Assembly: GCA_964355295.1 (NCBI GenBank) | Contig: CAYHCZ010000005.1 | Location: forward strand, 1 to 41,570 | Length of the DNA: 41,570 nt | Source of the DNA: an uncultured Methanomicrobia archaeon | GTDB taxonomy: Archaea > Halobacteriota > Bog-38 > Methanoflorentales > Methanoflorentaceae | Direction: 5' to 3' | Shown here: positions 10,286-18,833 of the stretch, piece by piece | Position numbering within the stretch: position 1 is the first letter of the stretch | How the letters are laid out: every line of letters begins with the position of its first letter | Program-made: the position numbers and the translations under genes | Notes under the pieces: generated by a model | The model's input: the letters and a program-made list of their open reading frames with translations, nothing else | Told to the model about the DNA's origin: nothing | Database searches by the model: none

Positions 10286-10688
10286 TTAGATACTGACGTC
10301 AAAAAACCGAGCTTTGACATGGCGGAGGTCGCCGGTCCGAATCCGGCCGAGCCCATTAGAATCGCCCTCCTTCTTATTTTTGTGAAGTTTATTGCGTTCG
10401 TTTAAAAGAAGAAATGATTTTAACTCACTGATCTGTGATTCAAGCGCTTCAAAGTGTCGGTCATAGGCTGTTTCATCGTCTGGTTTTAACTATCTCGCTG
10501 GGTTGTAAAACCATGTCATAGTTTAGCACTTGCTGGTTAGTAACAAGTAGAGAAGGCCTTTTTCCATTTCGTTCGGTTTCAAAAACGTCCGCTATTTCAC
10601 CGACAGTATCAGCAAGATGTGGGGGTAGCCGAATTTGAGGGTAATCTTCTGACAAACGCAGCTCACCAAACCCAAAACAATGTCGCAA
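10286..10688 (-). pseudogene. Frameshifted N-terminal fragment of an SSV-type tyrosine integrase (intN)
   Basis: ORF 10473..10688 continues after a frameshift as LKPDDETAYDRHFEALESQISELKSFLLLNERNKLHKNKKEGDSNGLGRIRTGDLRHVK, reading through the antisense tRNA fragment as split archaeal integrases do. Confidence 0.55.
10314..10355 (+). tRNA. 3' half of tRNA-Val(GAC): partial, attachment-site remnant
   Basis: TTGACAT GGCGG AGGTC GCCGG TCCGAAT CCGGC CGAGCCCA = anticodon loop, T-arm (TTC mutated to TCC) and acceptor 3' strand; no 5' half upstream. Confidence 0.8.
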
Positions 10689-10985
10689 CTAGTTGCGACT
10701 ATTCGCCTTGTGGTTCAACGCCGCGCGAGCGGGCAATGATGGAAAGTGTCGAAACGTGGCGCGAGAAATGAATAAACCAAAGCGACTGGTTAGCTGGTCC
10801 TCTGTTTGGCGTGTCTCGTTAGCACGTCTACAAATAACTCCCGGGCCCAAACAGCACGTTTACAGATGCGCGCTTTTACATTGCTCCGACGAAATAAGCT
10901 CCGCTGCGTGTGGTTGCCGAAAAAATAAGGAAGGGGGGCGCCCCCCGCGGACGGTTCACCACGGTCTACGACGAGGTGCGGTACG

Positions 10986-12012
10986 TCAGGGGGGGATAGG
11001 AGCGGTTATATCGCTCTCTGAAGCCGCATAGGTCGAATCTCCTGCAAATCTCGCTTGATAGAAGTTGCCGGCCGGTACCATTTCAACGAAATTCGACAAT
11101 GTACTATCAGTGGTGGTTACGTCAACCTTTGAATTGAGTGTCGTTGGGGTCGGCCCATAGTATATACTTACTGTTAGACCAGCGAGAGGATTACCGCCCA
11201 GGTCCCTTAGATACCCCTCGAACCAATAGGGTACATCTGGTGAGGCCGAGGCCCAAACGGCAAAATCTCCGATCTGCGTCAAGGTCTTGTAAGTATGGTC
11301 GTACGGTGCAATGAGCGTTTGCGTCTCTACACTCAGTTGATTGCCTAAAGCGTCAAAGGTCTTGAGCGTCACCACCACTGGTACGCTCGCGCTTACGTCG
11401 GGGTATCCATATGTGTCTACAAAGGGTTGTGGTGATGTGACAGAATAGCTCCACCCCCGCCCCGCATACGAGCCGCTGGAACTTATTTCATACAATGCAA
11501 TGTTGCTTGGGGGGGTATTCACCTGCTATGATCATCCAGTTCGCATGCCACATAGAGTAGTAAGAATCGTACGTCCAGCCCTGAAAAGTCGCGGTCATCA
11601 GTGAAGTTTTGACTATCACCGTGATCGTATCACTCACGCTCGCCCCATACGCGCTCGTCCCGGCAAAGTGCGCCCGTATGGAGTACGTTCCTACTACGGT
11701 AATGTACCCTTTGAAGCTGTACTGCCCCTGATTACCGGTGACCTTGTCCAAGCTGATACGCTGCCAACTCCCCTCATACAATGCCTCGAGGTAGACGGGC
11801 TTCCCGGCGAGGGCTCCGGTATCCGTGCTGAGTGTGCCGGTGATGGTGAACTTCCCGTTCTTTGTTACGTCTATGTTGTGGTTGCCGTTTGTGGTCGCGG
11901 TGAGCGTTGTTGGTGCTGCACCGTTCGCGCTAGTTTTTACAGCAGCTGTTGCGACAAACAAAGATAACAACATCAGAGCCACTAAAGATAACGATAACAC
12001 TTTTTTCATCAT
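10986..12012 (-). pseudogene. Secreted Ig-like surface protein split by a 1-nt frameshift (ORFs 11488..12012 and 10986..11522)
   Basis: Signal peptide plus Big-like domains; removing one G from the G7 run at 11509-11515 joins IIAGEYPP to SNIALYE. Confidence 0.7.
11615..11890. repeat. Domain-encoding repeat, copy 2
   Basis: Matches 8678..8968. Confidence 0.85.
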
Positions 12013-12788
12013 GATACGACCTCACTCCTTGTAAGGGTGGGTCCTAAAAGCGCATCGCCCACCCGTATTCGTTCCTGTGTTCTTTCCATTCACCGGGGCT
12101 CCACCCGTGTAGCCGATAGGTGTTTCCCTCGGCCGCACCGCGCCACACCGCACGCCCTGCCCGATACCACGGTGAGGGCCATGAGTGTGACAAGCGCGAT
12201 AGAAAGTCGTTGCATTATTTTCAAATAATTAATCTCCTTTTCGGTCAGCGGCTGCTTTCCAGCTACCGATTTGAAGAGTTAAGTTAAATAACGCGCTTTA
12301 GTAATAAAATTGCGTGACTTGAACGCGTTGCTGCAAGGAACTAAGAATCACAGTCTAACGCGACACGGTATATGTTTTCATCCGCATTATCGGTCAGCAT
12401 ATACCGTTACATGCTCACCGTAGGTCCGCCCTACGCCATCTAGACGTCAAAGATGTGCTCCGGCGGGGGTGTCGATAATTATTCCACTCTACTCCCCGGA
12501 CGCCGTTCGTCAGAATATAGCGCGGTTCGATTCATTCCATCCGATACTGTCACCCTGCTTGGCAAACTTACACAGATCGCTAAGGAAATGACCCTTAACA
12601 TGCTGGTTATCACTTTAGGTTTCATCAGTTAGCTACGACCTAATTAACGAATTGGCTTCGCTGGCTTTTTTTATCTTTCGAGACGGCAAGTGTCGCTTTG
12701 AAGCGGAAGATACTAGACACTTTCCCACACTAAAAAACGATCCAGCCAAGCGAACGGGATCGATATAACTTAGTGTCGCAACAAAAAC

Positions 12789-14660
12789 TTACTGTCTTGG
12801 GTTGCTTCGCGCAACTCCTTGTACCTGACACAGCTCGTTAAAACGTCCGTTTTCCTTTCTGGAAAGCGTCGCCCAGTCTCCAGATTCAATGATTCGGCCG
12901 TCTTCGAGCACATAGATGATATCCGCGTTTCGTATTGTCGAGAGACGATGCGTTATGATGACAATGGTCATGTCGCCGTGCAGGGCGTCGATCGCGTCCT
13001 GGATCCGCCGCTCGTTTTCCGAGTCCAGGCTGCTCGTTGCTTCGTCGAGCAGCAACACGGCCGGCTGACGTAACAACGCGCGTGCTAAGGCCAACCGTTG
13101 GCGCTCACCTCCCGATAACCGTACGCCGCGGTCACCGAGCACCGTCTCTATACCACTGGGAAGCTGCGACACAAAGTCCTCTGCAGCTGCCGTGCGTAGA
13201 GCGGCAGTAATCTCCGCGTCGCTCGCCGTGGGATACGCCCATAAGAGGTTCGCGCGCACGGTATCGTTAAAGAGGAAGGTGTCCTGTGCGACGTAACCGA
13301 TGTGACGGCGCCACGCGTAAAGACGTTCGGCATTCAGCGGCACGTCGTCGATGAGAACTTGCCCTTCACGCGGCAGGATAAGCCCCATGATGAGGTCGGC
13401 AAGTGTGCTCTTTCCCGCACCAGAACTGCCGACGATTGCGGTCGTTTCCGCTGCGTTGACGACGAAGTTGATGTTGTTGACAGCCGCCTGCCCATCATCA
13501 GTATATGCGAAGGAAACGTCTCGGAACTCGATACATTGTTGCAGATTTACCTCTTGCGGGTCGTCGATCTCACGTTCAGCCGCTGCTTCGCATCGCGTCT
13601 GGATCGCCATGATGTTGGCAAACGAGGGCAGCATGTTGATGAAGTACTGGTAGGTCTGCTGAATCGACGAAAATTTAGGGATAATGCGGTAGAATAGAAA
13701 CAGCAGGAGCAGCGCAACGGCCCCCGGAATGTGCAAAATCTCGATTAAAACAACAAGAGACGCGCCGAGGATAAGCACCGATCCGATGTCAAACAAGCTA
13801 CGCGTACCGCTCCAATTCCGAATGTAACCGACGTTTGCACCCTTAATCTGCTCATTGAACTTTGAAAAGAGCGCAGCGTTCTGTTCCTGAGCACCGTAAC
13901 TCTTGATGGCCTTCATCCCATTGAGGTGCTCGGTTATGGCGCCAAAAAGCTCCCGCGTATCTGCGGATAAAGCCGTGCCCTTTGCCCGCGCAAGGGAAAC
14001 CTTGCGCCTGAGAGTAAGAAGGAGGATTATCCCGCACACGACGACAGCGCCTGTCACTACCGCCGAGAGTTGCCACGCAATAAATAGATAGACCAACACA
14101 ACCATTACGCTCACCGCCAGTTGCAGCACCTGTTGCGTGCCAGCGCCGACGCGTTCGATCTCTGCGGTTAACGCATGTATAAACGTCGAGGCCCGCTGGC
14201 GTGAAAAGAAGAGCCAAGTGGTGTTGATGATCGCGTTGTACAGTCGTTGCCTGAGAAGCGATTCGAGCTCGTAGGTGATCGTAAAGCTCGTGTTGTTTTG
14301 CCAGCGGTTCAAGAGCGCGTAGAGGCTCATAATCACGACGTAGACGGCGAGCACCGAAACAAGGGTTATCGGGAATCCGACAAGCGTGAAAAACGACGCG
14401 ACATAGTAGGTGATACTTCCCGTTGTGCCCTGCCCCGTGTTGAAACCTACGAGCTGTAACAGCGGTAGCAAGAGCAGAAGTCCCACCCCTTCGGTTAGAG
14501 CGAGCGCTACCGTGAGCGTTACGGCAAGCGCCACCTGACCGGGCATGGTGCCCCACAGGAGAGAAGCGTATTGCCCCGCTTTGCTGTGTTGTACCCAAGA
14601 GGACGCAGACGCGCGCAGTCTTCTGCTTATAGACGGTGCCTCGTGTGCTTCGGTGGCCAA
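12789..14660 (-). CDS. ABC transporter, fused permease/ATPase (lasso exporter D)
   Basis: N-terminal TM domain; GSSGAGKST, LSGGERQR, LLLDEATSSLD, H-loop. Confidence 0.92.
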   Translation of the reverse strand: MATEAHEAPSISRRLRASASSWVQHSKAGQYASLLWGTMPGQVALAVTLTVALALTEGVGLLLLLPLLQLVGFNTGQGTTGSITYYVASFFTLVGFPITLVSVLAVYVVIMSLYALLNRWQNNTSFTITYELESLLRQRLYNAIINTTWLFFSRQRASTFIHALTAEIERVGAGTQQVLQLAVSVMVVLVYLFIAWQLSAVVTGAVVVCGIILLLTLRRKVSLARAKGTALSADTRELFGAITEHLNGMKAIKSYGAQEQNAALFSKFNEQIKGANVGYIRNWSGTRSLFDIGSVLILGASLVVLIEILHIPGAVALLLLFLFYRIIPKFSSIQQTYQYFINMLPSFANIMAIQTRCEAAAEREIDDPQEVNLQQCIEFRDVSFAYTDDGQAAVNNINFVVNAAETTAIVGSSGAGKSTLADLIMGLILPREGQVLIDDVPLNAERLYAWRRHIGYVAQDTFLFNDTVRANLLWAYPTASDAEITAALRTAAAEDFVSQLPSGIETVLGDRGVRLSGGERQRLALARALLRQPAVLLLDEATSSLDSENERRIQDAIDALHGDMTIVIITHRLSTIRNADIIYVLEDGRIIESGDWATLSRKENGRFNELCQVQGVARSNPRQ

Positions 14661-14779
14661 AATTTCGACCTCATCGCAATTTGTATAGACCGCGTCACGT
14701 TATAAAGCTTGACGACGGCAAGAAACGTAAGGGGGCTCGCCCGCGCGGCACCGAAGATGCACAAGTGAGGTCCCAAGCA

Positions 14780-16705
14780 CTAAGAGCGCTTCAGGATCGT
14801 GCGCTTCAGCCAAAGTCCAAGGATCAGCGCGTTCCACACAAACGTAGCGTTTTTCCTTTCACAAGAGAATGCAATATATAAACGTTTCAACATATCACGG
14901 TCGATGTAGCGTTCGAGCTGGTGTGAGTTGATCAAGAAAGTGTCTTCAAGCCGATCACGCTCAAAACGTAAGAGGGCCTCGCTAACAAGCGGCGCGAAGT
15001 CTGTTTTACTAGTCCGCTGTCGGATTTCGAGGGGCAGACACGTGGCTAAGGCGCGCCTTACGATAGCCCGCGTATAGCCATCGCGAACCTTCTGTTCAGG
15101 GGGCAAGGCCAAACAGTACTCAACAACTCGACGATCATAGAAGGGATGGCGGAGTTCCAAAGAAAACGCTGCGGCTGCCTTATCGAGCGTTTCTAGATCG
15201 TATTGATCCCTCCCCCCTATAAGATTGTCGTGGTGGAACGCCCGCGAGGTGCGAAGCTCCCAGTCCTTTCTTCGATCCTCTTCAATGAGCTCCCGAACAC
15301 CTGAACGTTGAAAAAGCATTGGTTTCACGAACGGCTGTGCGATCAACAAGCGAGAGGGTCTATGCAGCGTTCGCCATATGCGGCCCACTGCGTTTGGCGT
15401 AAGAGTTCGGACCACCGGGAAGAAGATCAGATTTTTCAAAGCGAGATGCAACGGGATGTCGTAGTTCCTAGCCGCCCTTTTTCCCTCTTTCAACATTGTC
15501 ACCCATTGACCTCTTAAAAAGAAATCCGCCCAGACGTGAAATCCATAGGAGACTACCGCATCACCCGATTCGCCATCCAACAGGACCCGGGTGCAAGCCG
15601 CTTGCGCACTGCTGTGAACGGCCCAATGATAGAATATAACCTGGTCGTGGACCGGCTCATCCTCGTGCCATAGTATATGCTCTATGTCTGCAAGCGGGCT
15701 CTGCTCGTCGAGGTGGACGTAATGGGGTAGGAGGTCGCCTTGGGCAACGATTACCTCGATGTACCGTCGCTCGTCGTACATCGGATCTTCAAAAACTGCA
15801 GAAAAACAATGGAGAGGTCGAGAATGACTAAGAGATCCATCGCGGCGAAGAATATCTCGAGCGATACAGGCGACGGAGGACGAATCAAGACCCCCACTTA
15901 GCTTGATGCCGACAGCATATGCGCTACGGAGGCGGCAGCGGACAGCTTCGGTGAAGACCTTACGGAATGCCTGTTCGTATTCTTCGTCAGAATCGAAGTG
16001 GAGTTCGAAGGTGGGATCGGGCGCCCAGTAGCGATAAAGACGCTGGCCGCCTTCGGTTATGACGACTACGTGCGCAGCGGGTAAGCGAAGGATATTATGA
16101 AATGAAGTGATCTGCGGATCGTAGTATAACGCGTTATAGGAATGCCCCTCTTTAACTAAATGTCGTGCGATTTGCACTTCGTTGAGCTCCCGATGCACCT
16201 CAGGGAGACAAAAGAGGGCTTTGATCTCAGAGGCGAACGCGAAGAACACCTCAGAACGGTAATAATAGAAAGGCTTGATGCCCATGTGGTCGCGCGCGCA
16301 GAAGAGGGACTGACGGGGACCGTCCCAGAGAGCAAACGCGAAGTCGCCGAGGAGGTGGTCGACGCAGTCTTCCCCCCAGTGCTCATAAGCGTAGACGATG
16401 AGCTGGCTATCGGTGATCTGCTCAGGAGGTTGAGTTAGACCAAGGGCAGTGATGAGCTCGTCGCGGTTATCGATACGAGCATCGGCGGTGACGGTGAAGC
16501 GGGCGTCGTCGCTGGTGTAGGGGAGGTGCTCGTGGAGGGACTCTGGGGTTGTCCAGAGCATGCGATGCCCGAGGGCGACAGGACCGTCATGCCATATTTC
16601 GGAGGCGTCGGACCCGCGGTGTGCGAGGATATCGGTCATCTGGCGTATGAACGCAGCTCCGACAGCGTTGCCATTTAAGCTGTAAATGCCAGCAATGCCG
16701 CTCAT
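14780..16705 (-). CDS. Lasso peptide cyclase C2
   Basis: MSGIAGIY, DARIDNR, SGGLDSSS, RHPFYDRR. Confidence 0.92.
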   Translation of the reverse strand: MSGIAGIYSLNGNAVGAAFIRQMTDILAHRGSDASEIWHDGPVALGHRMLWTTPESLHEHLPYTSDDARFTVTADARIDNRDELITALGLTQPPEQITDSQLIVYAYEHWGEDCVDHLLGDFAFALWDGPRQSLFCARDHMGIKPFYYYRSEVFFAFASEIKALFCLPEVHRELNEVQIARHLVKEGHSYNALYYDPQITSFHNILRLPAAHVVVITEGGQRLYRYWAPDPTFELHFDSDEEYEQAFRKVFTEAVRCRLRSAYAVGIKLSGGLDSSSVACIARDILRRDGSLSHSRPLHCFSAVFEDPMYDERRYIEVIVAQGDLLPHYVHLDEQSPLADIEHILWHEDEPVHDQVIFYHWAVHSSAQAACTRVLLDGESGDAVVSYGFHVWADFFLRGQWVTMLKEGKRAARNYDIPLHLALKNLIFFPVVRTLTPNAVGRIWRTLHRPSRLLIAQPFVKPMLFQRSGVRELIEEDRRKDWELRTSRAFHHDNLIGGRDQYDLETLDKAAAAFSLELRHPFYDRRVVEYCLALPPEQKVRDGYTRAIVRRALATCLPLEIRQRTSKTDFAPLVSEALLRFERDRLEDTFLINSHQLERYIDRDMLKRLYIAFSCERKNATFVWNALILGLWLKRTILKRS

Positions 16706-17446
16706 AGACTCTTCTGAAATCAGTTAGCTAACTGTAACGGTTAAGCTTTCCCATTGTGGCATACGTATCATCAAGCTTCAAACCAAGAGGTAATGATACT
16801 GATAACCGGCCCCTCTGCTAGTGAGACAACTGCCTTGCGTACAAGTGATTACGTCTGCGAAAGAATCTCGCTAAACAAAAGTTGCTGCCAGATTCATAGC
16901 CTGCGATAACCGTGCTCATCTGCTCGGATGAGGTAAGTGAGCTAATACATGTAGTTTCTTTCAAGAGACGCGATTACGAGATACTGTAGATCCGATAGCT
17001 TTAGTGAGTGCTCGTTTTATCGTTGGTTTACTTGTTGAAGCTGTGTCTCGGACTATTGGCTAGCCTGCAAGTATGGCTGCCGTTTCTGCTAGCTTCTGAA
17101 TCGCTTTGCTAAACTGCGTGAAGCATGGTACTCTCGCTTGAGGGGTCCCTTAGGTTTCAGCTCCGATGTTCTCCTTGTGACAACTTATAGGGGTTTTATG
17201 AGGACGCATTTTTCAAGAGCATTGCAAACTTTGCAGCACGATAGATAACTACTTGCAACACTGTCACAGAATCTCACAGAGGCTGGCAGGTCTAGTTCTT
17301 GCTTGCGGGGGTGATTCAGCGGCCATAAACGAATGCGTTATTACCTCCAATCGGGTCTGTAAACGCTTCCAGTTAGACGAAGCGAAGCGCTTCGAGGGGG
17401 GCAGCGGCACGAGGTTTCAACTGCTGCTGCTAACATCGAGGGGTTA

Positions 17447-18424
17447 TTACCACCTGATCTTGACTGCATCTTCTATCAGATGTACGAGCGCCGGAAGCGA
17501 CTCGAGAGAGCGACACGTTCTGGCACGAAGGGTTGTTGTCGACGCAGCGACGCGTGCGCAGCGCGATAGGTGCGTGACGATCTCCTCTTCAGCTAGCAGC
17601 CTAAAGCAATAGGAGTTATCGAGAAGCGCGGCGAGGCTTTCTCGGCGCGAAAGTCTTTTCAGAGCACTTTCAGCAGCTGGATCGAGAACGCATAAGTACT
17701 TAAGGGGAACATCGGCGTCGGGAAATTGCTGTCGCACTGGAAAAGCGCGCTTCACCGAGTAGGGGGTGCACGTGCTCAACGTCGCTGGGTCGTGCGAGAG
17801 TGCCGCCAATGTATCGGGCCAGAGGTTTATTTCGGGATACGCAGGCGGAACGACTGGCGATGGCCCGTCGAGCTTGACGGCGACAACGTCGTCGGCCACT
17901 AGCTGGTGTCCGCGGGCGTGGAGCGCGAGGGCGAGGGTCGATTTTCCTCGTCCTGATTTCCCAAGAAAAATAACTGCTTCACCATCGATCGCAGCGGCGC
18001 TTGCGTGAAGAGTAAGGAAACCCCGCTGGTGGAGGAGCGCTGCAAATACGTCTGTAAGAATCATCTTGCGAAGTACTCTCTCATCTGCGCCGGGCGACGG
18101 ATTGACGGTGATCTCTCGTCCGTTTTGCACCAAAAACGTCCCAATGCCTTCCCAGAACAGGAGTATACCTCGCGAAGCAACGCGATAGTTCGCGCCAGCT
18201 GCAGTGATTTCGTCTGACGCCGGTAATGAGCTTACACGGCCGTAGCGGACTACAACGTCGACTTTTGTTGGGGCGCTCACGGGAGCGCTGAAAAAAGGGA
18301 TGACAGAAGCAACGCTTAGTCCGTATAACGTACAAAAGTACGATCCATTTGTCACTGGCGCTTGCTTCAAAACATCTGTTGTCACTAACGCGTGGTCTTT
18401 TTTAATGCAATCTGCAGAAACCAC
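17447..18424 (-). CDS. HPr-kinase-like lasso peptide kinase K2
   Basis: LHQRGFLTLHAS, GKSGRGKST, VADD; start uncertain. Confidence 0.88.
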   Translation of the reverse strand: MVSADCIKKDHALVTTDVLKQAPVTNGSYFCTLYGLSVASVIPFFSAPVSAPTKVDVVVRYGRVSSLPASDEITAAGANYRVASRGILLFWEGIGTFLVQNGREITVNPSPGADERVLRKMILTDVFAALLHQRGFLTLHASAAAIDGEAVIFLGKSGRGKSTLALALHARGHQLVADDVVAVKLDGPSPVVPPAYPEINLWPDTLAALSHDPATLSTCTPYSVKRAFPVRQQFPDADVPLKYLCVLDPAAESALKRLSRRESLAALLDNSYCFRLLAEEEIVTHLSRCARVAASTTTLRARTCRSLESLPALVHLIEDAVKIRW

Positions 18425-18471
18425 GCCACCGCTCAGACTTTGTCGATTTCAACGTAAAAGGTCGAATATTA

Positions 18472-18536
18472 AGGATCTCGCTCGGGATCCGCCCCGAGAT
18501 CCTACGGTTTTGGCGAAACCTGACTTTCGTCAGGTT
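18472..18536 (-). terminator. Two stem-loops at the 3' end of precursor A2
   Basis: AACCTGAC-GAAA-GTCAGGTT (18517-18536, perfect 8-bp stem over the stop codon) and AGGATCTCG...CGAGATCCT (18472-18503). Confidence 0.55.
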
Positions 18537-18670
18537 CCTTGAGTTTTCGCTCGGGGGGCTGGAGAGCCGTCGCCTGAGCCCGTCCCTCGCAGCGTATATT
18601 CCCTCAAGGATCCGATACAAGTCAACTTTGGCTGTGAGTAATTCCTTTTTGTGCGGTCTTCTATGTTCAT
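18530..18670 (-). CDS. Lasso peptide precursor A2: MNIEDRTKRNYSQPKLTCIGSLREYTL|RGTGSGDGSPAPRAKTQGT
   Basis: Hand-translated 46-aa ORF; YSQPKL...IG...T(-2) aligns without gaps to the A1 leader; core has Asp7; lies between C3 and K2. Confidence 0.9.
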   Translation of the reverse strand: MNIEDRTKRNYSQPKLTCIGSLREYTLRGTGSGDGSPAPRAKTQGT

Positions 18671-18713
18671 TTTGATACCCTACACTTAACAAATGTGATA
18701 GATTATCGTTTGC

Positions 18714-18720
18714 TTATATA
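18714..18720 (-). promoter_or_regulatory. Putative TATA box for precursor A2
   Basis: Minus strand AAG-TATATAA-GC about 45 nt upstream of the ATG. Confidence 0.5.
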
Positions 18721-18833
18721 CTTAACATCCCACGAGGACTTAATTGTTCCTATTTGTCGCGCTCGCACAAACGCGTGCTAGAGCTACACCGCGAAAGCGG
18801 TGTAAGAGCCTTGAGGTCACCGATCCTCATAAT

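Noticed and set aside
10314-10355. Functional tRNA gene
   Set aside because: 5' half absent and T-loop mutated
17060-17210. Possible third precursor on the minus strand (MRPHKTPISCHKENIGAET* or KREYHASRSL)
   Set aside because: No YxxPxL, early stop or no start, and no Asp/Glu at core positions 7-9
18402-18692. 96-aa ORF from the ORF track
   Set aside because: Alternative frame over the precursor A2 gene; no recognisable features
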